NCBI GenBank assembly: GCA_012295275.1 | Contig: CM022679.1 | Span: 30,318,001-30,382,000 of the forward strand | Source of the DNA: Chrysomallon squamiferum | Lineage: Eukaryota; Animalia; Mollusca | Length of the DNA stretch: 64,000 bases | Direction of reading: 5' to 3' | Shown here: positions 29,369 through 44,100 of the stretch, piece after piece | Position numbering within the stretch: the stretch's first letter is position 1 | How the letters are laid out: each line of letters starts with the position of its first letter | Notes under the pieces: generated by a model | Told to the model about the DNA's origin: nothing | Seen by the model: the letters and a program-made list of their open reading frames with translations, nothing else | Database searches by the model: none | Position numbers and translations under genes: made by a program

Positions 29369-32300
29369 TTCCTCTGCAGAATAATATCTAATTTTCTAGC
29401 GCTAATGAAATACAATGTAATATTTCAGATTGCTTTGGTGTTGCCTGGAATAAAATACTCTTACTACATAAGTTGGCTTTAATCAGCTAATTAGTTTCAT
29501 TATCAATTTAATGAGTTGCTGGTGATATTTATAAATTACTTTATTGGCCTAGATGTTGTAAATAAAAAGTCATTATAATAAATAAATAAATAAATAATAA
29601 TAAAAAAAAGAAATAAAAAAAGCTAAAATACCATTGTTTTTGTCAGTTCATAAATATTAACCAGCAGTAATTGTTTTATATATGTGCACAGCACAAGCCT
29701 TGGTTTTCAGTAAACCAGTTGTGTTTGGATTGGGCAGCAATGCAAACATTATTCTCAATTTACATTTAAGAGAGAGGGAGAGATTTTGCTTAAATTTATG
29801 CTGAGTGCTATATGTATATACTTGTTTAGAAATGATACGAATAGGAAATTTTTGAACTGAATAATAAATAATTTTTTCCACTTCTATATATTTTTTGTTA
29901 TAAATAAAATTATTTACACTGATAAATACAGCTATGACCTTTTCATTGTTCTGTCATTAACCGTGAAACCAGGTTACCAGGGAGAGTGTGGGGTTTAATT
30001 TACAAATGAACTTTAAACTGTTTTCCCTGATGTTGAAATATATGTATAAGAATCTTACTGATAAACTGGACAGAACAATGGCTGGACAACTGAAGATGAA
30101 TACTTGCGTAAATATAGTTGATATAATTAATAACAATAGCTAAACTACATTTATTTATTTAAAAAAAAAAAAAATAAGAGATGAAATAAAAATAAAATAT
30201 AGTTGTATGCCTTCGTGTGTGTGTATGGGTGTGGGTATGTGTGTGTGCGGAGTAAATGTACAGACTATATATCTGGCTTCTAGAAAACAAGGTTTAGAAT
30301 TAATTTTCATCTTTTAAATTCATTTTTATTCTTTACTTTTTATTATTATTTTTTTAATAATTTAAAATTTCTGGTCCAGAAAATCCAGAAATCTGGATCA
30401 CCTCCAGTATCTTTCTTCCTGGATTAATAGTCTGGATACCTGACTGTACATTTCCTGACAAAAACAAGAATTAAAAATTTAAATTTTATTTTTTTCTCTT
30501 ACAGACCTATCATCATCGAGGTGCCCCACTTTGCATCTCTCCGAGGCAAAGAACGTGAGGTTGTCATCCTGCGCAGCAACAACGGTGAAGAGTGGACTGA
30601 ACATCCAATGGTTGCCACCGAGGAAGCAGTCAACAATGCCCTGGGAGGAAGTCTTGAAGGTTTAAATGCAAACAATGTGTCTGCTAGTCAGTCCGAATCT
30701 AGTTTGTGGAGTGAGCATGTTTTCTTTGTTGTTTCTCATCTTGTGAGAAAACCCTGGCTCAGTAGCATGTTTTACAAGTAATTTCCAGAAGTATTTGATA
30801 GAATTTTTAAAATCTCAAAAATTGAAAAATTGAAAAATAAAAATAAAATAAAATAATAATAATATAATAATAATGATAATAAAAAGTAAAAAAAAGAAAG
30901 ACAGCCAAAAAGAAATGTCACAAATTGTTTCATTTTCTGAGTACCTTGCACGTGTTGTTGGTAGATATGTTAAAAATTGAATGCATCGTTTGAAATTAAA
31001 ATAATAATAGGAATAGCTGTGCAATCAGAATTATCTGATATGTTTTTGAAACCAATAGATTTAGAACATGAATTTGTTTTTTTTGAAAAAAAATTAATGA
31101 GGAAAATTAAAAAGAAACAATTTTCATGAAAATAATAATATATCTGACTTAGTCAGGGTTTTCTCATTCATCATTTTTTTTCTTTTTTTTCTTGATCTTT
31201 TTATTAGTTTTAATAGTTTCAGAAGGAAACAGAAAGAATTATCAGTAATGAATTAATAGTAATTGTGGTTATCCACAGAGAAAAAGAATATAATTTCATT
31301 ATTACATTTGTAGCCACCACTTCAAGATTACTAAATTAGACATTAAGTTTAAATTAACCAACTGAATTATGACATTACACAAAAAAAGGAAAGAGAAATG
31401 ATATATTAATTAATAAATAAAATACAAAATAAAAAGTAAAGGTAAAAAAATAAAAAATAAATAAATAAAGAATAACTATAAGTAACACTATTATTATAAC
31501 TGAGAAGCAAAAAATTTAAGATAAAGAAAATCTAAAGTATCATATCTGCCTGTAAAGGTTGATACTGGTCATATTCATAATCTGTTCAGTTAAATGTATT
31601 GTATAATAGCAAGTTTATCTTGTGTGGTTATTACATGTATTAGATAAGTTTCTATTTTATCTCTAGCCTGTTACATATGGACATTAACCTTCAGTACTGT
31701 ACTGGTATATGCATGTAATTTTATTACAAACACAATAAATAGCCATTTTTATCTACCTGCACTGACCTTTTATTTAATGTACTAAATGTACTGTCTTCTA
31801 TTTTTGTGATTTTCTATAAAAGGAAAAAAAAGAAAATAGAAAAAAAATATTTGTCTTAATTTTATGTCGTTCTTTCTTAAAATGTAAATGTATTTTTCAA
31901 ATTATCTTTCAACTGTTTAGTGTTAAATAAATGTTTAGTTTAGTTTGAATGTTAGTACCCAGTTAATGTTGTAGTTTTTTCAGATAGATGTAGATTACTG
32001 TTCGTTCATTTTAGATTTATTTAAATGATATTCAGATATTTGCAGACATGTACATGAATATGTAAACCTTGTTATTCCAATACATACACTTAAACTCTCA
32101 TATTCTAAAAAGAATGTACGTGTATATTACTTTCTTTTAGATACACACACTTGTATTAACACACTCTTCTTTATCATGGTCATCCATTTACAATACACAT
32201 GTAAACACAACAATTATAGCTTTTATATATAAATTGTTATTTATTATTTTTTTTGTTTATTTACTTTTTATTTACTTTTTATTTTTTTATTTATTTTTTT

Positions 32301-33778
32301 TGAGTAAATTTAATAAAATTAAATTTGTAAAAACAAAATTTTGACAGTAACAGTGGATTTACATTAATCAGTCTTTCACACCGTTTACACACTTACATAC
32401 ACAGTGTTGATACCCAAAATTTTAAATGAAATTAATATTTATTGCACGTTACAACATTCTCGTATTTTCTCTCCCAGAACTTGACCAGGAAGAGGATCTG
32501 ACTGCCAAGAGAATCACTCGCATCCTCACCACTGACTTCCCACAATACTTTGCTCTCGTCACTCGCATTCGCCAGGAGACGAAACAGATTGGTGAGGAGG
32601 GGGGAGTGATTAGCTCAACCGTCGTCCCCCAGGTGCAGGCAGTTTTCCCCAAAGGGGCACTGACAAAAAGGATTCGAGTTGGCCTTCAGGTAGGTTCAAA
32701 TCTGTCTGTGATCAGTGTTAGACACAATAGAATGAATGGATGCAGTTGTTTTCTTGTTAACCTGATACTTGAAAAAATACAAAAATAAAAGATTATGTAC
32801 AAATGTATCTTCTTACCAAGACCACACACAACTTTATTCATATTATTGCTAAGATATTCACCGAAATATCTTAATACATATACATGTATATGAATTGAAT
32901 AAAGCATATATGTGATACAATCACATGCAACAGATATAGATGCATATATTTATATACAAACAGGTTTTGATACTTATTACCATACATACATAACACTAAG
33001 AACAAATGCATATAATTTTATAAACTTTTAAAAATATGACATACAAAGCTATCAGGTCAGCAAGAAAAAGTTTTTGAGAAAAATGTGGTAGTTAAATACT
33101 TGTTAGTTTTATCTACAGAAATATGATTCATGCATTTACTCAGCTTGACAGTGTCTGTGAATATACCAAAATTGCTGAAACTCTTTATTAAATTGTTTGT
33201 TTTAAATTTTATTTGTATTTCATTAAATTTCCATTGTGGTTTATTCCCCATTCATTGTATTTTTGAAAAACAAAATCTCAAAATACTACAAAACAGGTTC
33301 TTCCACACATCTTTTTCTTCTTCTTCTCCTTTTATCTTTTCATTTATTTTTTTTTCTTTCTTTTGAAAAATATTAATGGTATTTGAGAGAGTTACGATTA
33401 AATTTTTTAATTCTCGTTTTTCTGGATTTTATCGTTAAATGTGGATGTAGCAAATACCTTTTTGATTCATTTGAGATATTTTACATTTGGTTTTTTTTTA
33501 ATTCTTTGGTGGGTGTTTAGCAGGAAATAATAGCATATTTTTTTTTTTGTTAATTACTATTTTATTTAAATGTAGAAGAAAAATGTTTCAGTCTTTCTCT
33601 CTTCTTTCAAAAGTTTTTATTTTCTGTTTTTAACTCTTAAAAATGTTACCCAACCAAATTACAAAATTTATACCTGCTAAATGTTTTAATCAGTAAATAG
33701 TTTTGATTATTATTAATTATTCTTTTATTATTTAATTTTTAATATCTTTAATAACCATTTTCATTTCATAATTAAGAG

Positions 33779-33822
<44 letters not shown>

Positions 33823-33909
33823 ATAAACCAAATTATTTGTTTGTACATTTTTATTTGTTTCTTAATTTTCACTTCTACTTCTTGTTCTTCTTTTTCTTAC
33901 TACTGTTAC

Positions 33910-33943
<34 letters not shown>

Positions 33944-36900
33944 TGGATAAGATGGTTTATATAGTAACTCAAATTTTAAATATTTAGGAACAAGAACTGT
34001 TTTGTTTGTCTGAATTCATTTGCTTGTAATGTATGTCATCTGGAAGATATAGGAATTTATACAAATTTTGTTGGTGTTTAATAATTTAAAATAATAATAA
34101 TAAAAATAACAAAAATGATAAAAGATTTTCAAAAGAAGTTGCACTTTCTCTTGCTGATAAGAATCTGCATAAACTTCTAACATTATTATGAGTAATTGCA
34201 AATATTCATAAAATTAATGTCAAGCTAAGTAGATGGACATTATGTTAAATTTGTCAAGTGTATAAATATTCATTATATTTAAGATCTCTATATCAGTATT
34301 AATTATATATATAATTAAGCACAGTATTGGACATTACATCATATTTATCAAGTTTGGTATATGAATATTCATTATATTTAAGCTCTGTATATCAGTATTA
34401 ATCATATTTATAATTAAGCACAGTATATGAATATTAATTGTTCTCATAATTAATATTACCGTATAGTACTGTTAATATTGAAAATCTCAGTACATGAATA
34501 TTCATGATTATTATGTCAAGCTCAGTACTGTTTCATGCTTCTTTTGGCATCTGATTTCACACTGACAAAACAACTTTTCTCTCTATCCATTTGTTTGTTC
34601 CAGATTTTTAATTTCATATTTTCATATTTTATTTTTTTTCTTCACATTTTTAGCATACGAAGTTATATGTAAGGCCAGTAAGAATTGATGATCTCTGATA
34701 GATGGAGTCAAACGTTACATTTTTTTTTTATTATTATTATTATTTTTTTTTTTTACCTGTTTTATATTCTTTGGTTTATAAATATATTTTTTTAAATATT
34801 CTTTGGTTTATAAATATATATATTTTTTAACTACATGGTTTCGTGTTGTATAGTGTAGCAGACGCCCTTTCTAGCATGTTAACAACTGACTGAGCTGTAC
34901 ATGAATCATCCTTGTCTAGTTTTCATTTCGTTAAAAAAAAAAAAAAAAAAAAAAAAACAATTTCGTTGATTTGGTCGTCATTCTCATGTTGTCGCTAGGC
35001 ACAACCCATTGCACCCGAACTTGTCACTAAACTGTTTGGCAACCGTGTTGCCGTCAGTCCCATTGTCACAGTGGAGCCACGGCGACGGAAGTTCCACGAA
35101 AACATCACACTGACAATACCAGTGCCCAAGGCTGCCCAGAAAGGAATGATCAACCAATATGGCGGTGACAGACCGTCTTTGCGCCTTCTTTACAGCATTT
35201 CTGGTAAGCTTGGGTTGTTAGTTTGAATTTTGTAAACTCTTATTTATTTTACACTATTTATTTATTTATTTATTTATTTAATTTATTTATTATTATTATT
35301 TTTTTAATTCTGATATTTCTTGTAAGTTTAGTTTTATTGGCGTTATGAAAAATAAGAAAAATAAAGAGAAAATGTTTATTTTTAAAATGTTGCCGATTTG
35401 TGCATATATAGGAATTTTAATGATTTGAGTCGTTGTAGTTAAATAAGATTGTTTATATTTGAAGTATAAGAGGAAAAATGTTGAGAAACAATGCAGAATG
35501 ACCATGAAATAAATAAATATAATTAAATTAAAAATGAAAAATATGATTTAAAACAGATTTTAAAAAAATGATAAAAAAAAAAAGGAAAGGAAAGACAAAA
35601 AAAATGAAAAGAAAGCTGAATGAAATCATCTGTTTTAGGAAGAAACTTCTTCAAAATAAATTTGTGTGTTTTAATCATTAATAAAGTATTATTTTCAAAA
35701 TGTTAAAAAAAAAAAAAAATAAAGAAAAAAGCATCATTCTGACAAATTTATAGTAATCAAAGAATGTTACTAAAAACAAATGTTATTTTGAAAACTTTAT
35801 TAACACTACTAACAAGTTAACATTCTAATTATAAATATTTACTAAAACATTTATTGTGCATGCCAAGTTACAACATCTTGCATGGCATCCATTAACCATA
35901 TTTTATTTTTATTATTATTTTTATTTGTTTTATTTATTTATTTATTTACTTATGAGTTATTAACAGTTCCTAATATATCCTACTTGCCCATCTGTTTGTG
36001 TTGAGGAATATTTTGGTTTTGAAAATAGTAAAAAGGAAAAAGGAAAAAAATTAGCGGATGTTTTTGCTGTTTTTGCTTATAATTTTTGAACAAAAATAGT
36101 GTTGAGAAAATATTATGAAAAACTTTAAATACAGTTCTATTTAAAATCAAAAATGAAAAAAAAAAATTAATAAAATAAAAGATAAAATAAAAATAAAAAC
36201 ACTTACAAGAAAGACTGTTTTTACAGTTGCCTCCATTGTTTTTGAAAGCATGGTTTGTGATTTTTATTTTTTAAATGTTTTTGGTCAGTTTTTGGGAGGG
36301 GGAAATAAGTAAAAAGAAAGGAAAAAAAAAGATTATTTTTCAAACTCAGTCAGTTTGTTGTTATTTTGTCTTGTGTTTATAACAATTTTGTGTGCATGAA
36401 ATGTTTTTGTTGTAAATACTGTGTTACGTAAAATATTGTCTTTTCACCAAACAAATAAAAAAATAAAAAGGCGAAAGAAATCTTTTGTTACATTATGCAT
36501 AATAATCAAATATTAATGTTTATACTTACATAATTAAAATATATACTTATCCATTATTATTATTATTTGAAAATTAAAATCATTCTTAAGATTTGATATA
36601 AAATATTACAATATATGTAAAATAAATATTTAAAATGAGCTTCACTCAAAAGTTGAATAAAATGTTTAGTATATTAATAATGTAAATTCAACTAATTTGC
36701 TGTTTTAACTGACATTTAACTAGTTATTAATCTAAAAACATTTTGTGAGAATTTTAAAACGAAGTTAGAAAAATATATTTTTTTTAATCTTGTGTGATCT
36801 TTTGTTTAAAATGTCCCTCTTTCTCTATTCTGTGCTGCTGCTAGGCAACAACTCTCACAACAGAGGTAACCATAGCAACTGCTTATAGCTTCAAGTCTGC

Positions 36901-37102
36901 TTTTTTTGTGCATGTCACTTTTTTTACATATTCATTATTAATTTGTTTTCAGTTTGCACATTGAAAGTTAATTTGATTTTATTTTTACAAAAAAAAAAAA
37001 AAAAAAAAAAAAGAAAAAAAAAGAAAAGGAAAATGTGTCTGTTTTGGTGTCTGGGTATGATGTACAGATGAAAGCTAGGGTGAAGAATTCCTTTCCATGC
37101 AT

Positions 37103-37144
<42 letters not shown>

Positions 37145-40100
37145 CAACTTTGATGAAGATAATTATTCCTATTAATTTTTTTTTTGAATTGGTGCATATT
37201 GTACAAAAGTGATAATTTAAAAAAAATAAAATAATAGAACACATAACCAATATGAAAAATGACTATTAATGTCATAAAATAGAAAATTTATTCTACATCT
37301 ATGAATACATTTGGATAAAATATTTAGAAAAAAGAAGTAAAAAAAAAAGTGTTTCTTACATGTTACTATGTTACTAATAACAAATGTTTTGTTATAAGCT
37401 TTTGTTAGTTCTAGATTTAGTCTAGTTAGTAAAAGCTTTCTGCTGCTGTCTGTTATATATCCAAATTTAACTGGAAAAGAAAATTCACAGAGATAAGGTG
37501 TCGTTGAAAATATAATTGATTAATAATCTATAATTACTTGTCAGCTGTATGTATGGTTTTAATTGACAATCAGTTGCATTTGTTAATCTGTTACCAAGTC
37601 CTTAAAGAAATTGAGAATTTACAGTTACAGTTAATAATTTATACAGTTACAAGTTAATATGTTTATTATACAGAGATGATGGATATTGATGATGTACAGT
37701 TATATCTGATAATCTGAACAATTACATTTAATAGTTTATTATTTGTACAGAAATAACAGTATGATAAAGTACACTAATAATTGATACAAGTTACAAGTTA
37801 ATAGCATTATTATACAGACATAAAAGATATTGATAATGTACAGTTGCAATGATAATCTCTCTGTATACTAACAATTAACAATCTGTTTATTGATATTGCT
37901 GGTCTCTGAGATCTGTCATGTTGAAACAGGTCTTTAACCACAGTACCAAGTATTAAGCTTTGGCCAACAACTGTGGAATGACAAATTTCATTTTTTTCTC
38001 AATTTTTCAATTGTGTTGAAAATGGGTTTATATCTGTACCTTACCTGTTTGATCCATTGATATTTTAATATTATCCAAAGGTGTGTTTTTGAGCATATTA
38101 TTGAACATTGTTATTTGCTGGATGCTTCATTTTGTCTAGTTTGTTCAGACATATCAAGCCATATCTTTGGACTAGAACCTCATCAGGGATCAATAAGGTA
38201 TCATTAAAGCTTGTGGAGTCTGGAATTTCAAAATGTTCATACCACCAATCATACAAAATACAGTTGGAGACCTGGTTCGATGTGACAGATTACTGATAAT
38301 GAAGTTGTAATAAAAAATTATAATGGATAATATACATTATTGATAATCTGATTGTGCTGTTTTTGAAAGATGTTATGATTGTGTCTATGAATCTGTGTAA
38401 ATATTTTTACTGGCATATAAATCTTTATGAGTTTGTTGTGTAATAATTTTACTGAATTTGTTGTAAATAATTTTACTGAATTTGTTGTAAATAATTTGTC
38501 ACAGATAAACTTGAACCGGCCGTTTGGGAAGACGTCACTGAACAAAAACCAATGACACTTGTAGATGACTGTGTCTCCTTCACTACTTCAATCTCAGCCA
38601 GGTACAAATTTTAGTTTGAGAGAGAAAGAGGGAGTAAGTGAGTGAGTGTCTGAATGAGTGTGTGTGTGTGTGTGTGTGTGTTTACTTTAGATGTGTACGT
38701 ATTAACTGTATTGGTATGTTGAACATTCTTTAAAACTATTAAACTTTTAAAAATATTTCAAATAGTAAATTTCATCACCAAGTTCAGTCAAAAGTCTTTT
38801 TTTTAAGTTCTGACCATTAAGAGATAAGCAGGTTTTCTTATCCAGAATTATTTTTGAAACATTTTTGAAACATTTTGATAAACAACAGATTCATTCATTT
38901 GTATTCAAATACATTCCTTTCATTGAAATATTTTGTTAAACTTTTTGACAATAAACTTTTATTGAAATATTGTCTTTAATTAATATCCGTCCGTCCATCC
39001 ATCCATCCATGCATCATCCATCCGTCCATGCATCCATCCATCCATCCTTTCACTGTTTTGTGTTGCAGGTTCTGGCTGATAGACTGTCAGAATGTTCCGG
39101 AAGCAGCACAGATGGCGACTGCTCTCTACCGCGAGTCCATCGTTGTGCCGTACATGGCCAAGTTTGTCATCTTCGCCAAGCGCCACGCAGTCGAGGAAGG
39201 GAAACTGCGAATGTTCTGCATGACCGATGACAAAGTGGACAAGACTCTGGAGAAGCAGGAAAAGTTTGTTGAAGTAGCTAGAAGTAGAGACATAGAGGTA
39301 AACACTGGTACTCTTTTTATGAGAATGTCGGATATAATTTTGTTTTCCTAATTTAAAAAAACAACCAAAAACCATCATTTTCTCCTGTAAGATGATAAAT
39401 TTTATTAGCAGTAAACTTTAAACTAGAGAATCCTGAGATAAAATAACCAAATATATATAATCTTTTTTCTTCTTCTGATAAAATAGAAATTACGAATTTA
39501 CTAATAATTTTTGCTTTGTTCAGTATTTTTTTGGATGTAATATACTGTGTTAAAAGTTTTAGTAGTTACTATCATTTATCAAAATTTTATTTTCGTTATC
39601 ATTATCATCATGATTATAATTACTGTTAACATTGTTATATTATTACTGGTGGAATTACTGTTATATTTTGATATTGTCATCATCATTGTTAATTATTAGT
39701 AGTGGTAATACCAGTACTAGTAATATTAATAGTGTAATGCAAATAATATTAAATTAATATTTAAATTGTTATTTCTTTTATTAATTTATTATTAGTGCTA
39801 TTATTATTATTTTTATTATTATTATCATTATTTTTATAAATTTTTTATATTACTACTATTATTATTTTATTATTATTATTACTATTATTACTTTTATTAT
39901 TATTACTATTACTATTGTTATTATTACTATTACTATTATTACTATTATTATTATTATTATTATTATTACTATTGCCGTTACTCTTACTATTACTATTTCT
40001 ATTATTATTATTATTATTATTACTGTTACTATTATTACTATAACTGTTGTTACTATTGTATTTACAGGTACTGGAAGGAAGGCCACAGTTTGTGGAGATG

Positions 40101-41151
40101 GCAGGGAATCTCATCCCTGTCACCAAGTCTGGCGACCAGCTCCGAATCAACTTCAAATCCTTTCGAGAAAACCGTCTGCCGTGCACGGTGAAAATACGCG
40201 ACCTGGATCAAGACCCGTCAGCCCGCGTGGCCTTCATGAAGGAGCCCAAGGTCGGTAGAGGAGAAGCTCCGCAATCCCCTATATGCAACCTCAACATCAC
40301 GCTTCCAGACATGCTCAAGGTACGTATGTCGTTTGTCTCGTGGCGTACATGTGTTACAGTAAAAATAAGCTGATTGTGTTTTACTTGCAAGTGATGGTTT
40401 CGTTTATTTATTGTGTTGTGAATAAGTTAAATGTAATTATCTTGTATACTTGGAAGAAGTACTTAAGTTTGTTTCTTAGTAGTTCAAAATGAAAGGTTTG
40501 ATAAATTTTTATTAGTGAAAATTGTTGATAACAAATAAAACAGTATAGTAAAGTGTACACAAGTTTATAGTAAATGCTTAAAAATTTATTTTTAATTGTG
40601 TTCAATATTCAGGTTAATAAATTTAAGTATATAGATATCTTTCTCTCTCTCTCTCTCTCTCTCAAAATTTTTATTTTGTACGCAACCTTTGGGTAATTAA
40701 TTAAAGTATTCAGAATATATTTTTTTTTAGCTCATTAAAAAATATTTAAAAATTCATATATTATTAGGTTCACAACATTTCCGGTAATTAATTTAAGGCA
40801 CAACATTTTTTTTCATTTAATTAATCTGTGTTTTTATTTTCACTTGATTTTTACATGTGTTTTTGACGTATCTTTATTTGCACTGATTGTAATAAATCGT
40901 ATTTTCTATTTTGTAATTACAGTCGGAAACAAGTGACCTCGATTCAGAAGCAGCTTTAGAACTTGAGAAGAAACATGCAATGCTACGAGAACAGAGTATA
41001 GGTATGAAAAACAGAAACAGGTTTTCTTTATTTACATATCAATATAGAAGAGACTGATGGAAATAATAATAAAAAAAACCCAGAAAAGATTCAGCAACAT
41101 AGCATACATGTCAATATTAGAAACAGTTTTGAGCTGAAAACATTATTATTA

Positions 41152-41194
<43 letters not shown>

Positions 41195-44100
41195 CTTCTT
41201 GGGCCAAAGAATTTTAATTTAAAAAAAAATACTAATGCTAAATCGATTTAAATAAAATAATTAATAAATTACAAGTCTGATTTCTAATTAATACTAATTA
41301 ACAGTGTTATGAATTTTAAGGCAATGCTTGTCTTTGACCATATATATGTGAGACTTTGGTGTTTGATTACATGTGTGTTTGTATGAATGCCTGAGTTAGA
41401 GAGAAAGTATTATTTCAGTTAACACAGTTCAAGTGTTTGTCATAAACACTGATTAGATAAAGTTAATAAACAAACTTACTTGTAGAAGTTAGAATATGAT
41501 TTTTATAAATAATTTTTTTTTTTTTTTTCCTCAAAATAAATTATAGAAATATCTCAGTAAATTAAAACATTCACTTTTCATTTATGTTTGGATGAACCAT
41601 TTATCGGTTTAAAAGCACAGCTTTATTGGATATTTATTTATTTATTTATTTACATTTTTTAAAACACTTAAATAATTTTTTATTTATTTATTTACATTTT
41701 TTTAGCATTTATTTAGTTTAAAAAATTAATTTTTTGTATTTTTTTACATTTATTTATTTATTATTTATTTTTTATTTGTTTATTTATTTAGTTTTTAATA
41801 TTTATTTGTTATTTATTTTTAATATTTATTTATTTTTATTTGTTTATTTATTTAATATTTATTTATTTATATATTTATATATTTATTTATTTATATATTT
41901 TTAATATATATTTATTTATTTATATATTTTTAATATATATTTATATATTTATTTATTTATATATTTATATATTTATGTATTTGTTTATTTGTTGTCTAGT
42001 TCTACAAGACACTGTCACGTCAGCCCAGATGAAACTCACTGACATCGCCGACACGCTGCAGGGTGACTGGGTCGTCCTCGCCCAGCAGCTTGACGTCCGC
42101 ATGAGCGACATCAACCAAATCAAAGGCGACTACAACACTGTCAATGACCAGGCCCCTTCGCGATGTTGGTGTTGTGGGTGGACAAGAAGAAAGAAAAAGC
42201 AACAGGTTTGTTACGTTCAAAGACAAATAATGTAAAATAAACACCTAAAAGTGTGGATAGAAATTTAATTTAAATTACAGATTTTTGTATTGTAATAATC
42301 AATAATTAAAATTAAGCAATATTCTATTTAATTTTTAATTTTAATTTGTTATATATTTATTTTGTTTTATAAAATTATGCATTGTATGGAGGAATTTTAA
42401 CCTTTAATTTTTTTTCATATTTCTTTATTATTATTATTATTATTATTATTATGAATGTAATATATTTATTAATAATAATTTAAAAAAAAAAAAAAAAAAA
42501 GAGTTAATATTTTGAGTTAATTATATGTTAAACTACATTATAAAAAACAAATATTTAGAAATTTACTTTTTGTGAGCAGTATTTTATTTCATTTACTGAA
42601 TTTTAGTTTATTATTATTATTATTATTATTATTATTTTATAAATAGTGTGTTATTTTATTTTTTTATTTTTATTTTTATCATATTATTTTTCCATTTATT
42701 TTTGTTTTAACAAAGAGTGTTATAAATGTTATATAGGGAATGCGTTAGAGAGTGCCTTGAGAAAGATAAACCGTGACGATGTTGTTAAAAAGTGTGTGTA
42801 CAACATCCAGCCAGTGGAAGATGAAGTTGAGGCTGCTGCAGCGAGGGTTGCGATGGATCAGTCAGGTGACTTCAGACTTAAAAATAAATAAAAGTATTTC
42901 TGTAACCTACCAAAATATTTAAAAATGAAATGGCATTCGTTGATAACTCTTTAAATTTTCTGTAATTCCATTGTCTGTATCATTATTGAGAAAATTTTGT
43001 TAACTATTTGACAGTAATGATGACAGTGATGATGACAGTGATAAAAATTACTATGATGATGATTGTTTTGATTATAATGATAAATATATTTTTTAAACGA
43101 ATGTCTAAACAAAAAAAAAAAACAAAATATTTATTTTTAATGTAAAATTATCTTCAGGTTTCGATACTTTTAAAGAAGAAGTAGGCATTTCGAAAGATTC
43201 CATGAAGCGCGGCATGTCCTTGGATGTCCAGTTCGATGAACAAGATTTAATCAAGGTTGGTTTTTTACTGCTCTCTACTAAACTAGCTCAAAAATACCTC
43301 TTCAGTTTCCTCTCATGTGTAAAGTCTTTTCCACCAAACTCACTTCAGAAATATGTTGCTTTTTAATTTTATTTTAATGTTCTTGATTATCAGTTACTCT
43401 TCCATATGTATTTTTTTTTTTGTTATTGTTAGTTTTTCCATTTTTGTTTTTTCTTGAGTGGTAATCTTTAAAATAAGATTTTTTAAAAATACAAAAATCT
43501 ATTTTTTATTTATTTAATGAAGGAAACCTTTTCACAAAAAAATCTAATTATCTATCTTTTAATTATTTATTTGCTTTTGATGTTAATTTACTTAATATTC
43601 TTATTTAATATAACTAATTTTTTTAAGAATATTAACAAAATACAGGTTGAAACTGTTTATTTTCTCAGATTTTAAAAACTTAACCCCTAAGATATTACCC
43701 ATTATTCCTTGGATTTCCCAGAGAAATATATTTTATTTTTAACAAATGTACAGCAGGCATTATTGCAGTGTAAGTTTCCATAACTAGTAAAACCATGTTA
43801 AAAGTATTGCTTAAAGAATACATGTAATTTTTATAAATATTACCATTGAGATCAGTTGAGATCTGAATGAACATTATTACTATATTAGTGTAGCACAATT
43901 TCCTGTAGGCCTCTGAAATCCAGAGAGGCCAACATCTCAAAAATTTCAAATTTAAATACTTCAAAATGTTAATACGAGCATGTATGTCCTTAAAAATAAT
44001 GTAAAAATAATGTAAAAAAAAAGAAAAAAAAAAGACCTGAAATTTCTGTGGAAGTTTCTTGTGGAAACCACATACATATCTAGGTCTGTGTCTCATTGCA

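Noticed and set aside
30370-30450. tccaga/tctgga-rich stretch ending gactgta, like a pogo/Tigger-type MITE end
   Set aside because: No matching second terminal repeat found; too degenerate to call
31984-31989. 6-nt microexon candidate cag|atagat|gtagat
   Set aside because: In phase 1 it creates TAA with the next exon
38108-38296. ORF ending [10 protein letters not shown] as a mutually exclusive copy of the WEDVT exon
   Set aside because: Immediate stop, no CVSFTT motif and no compatible donor
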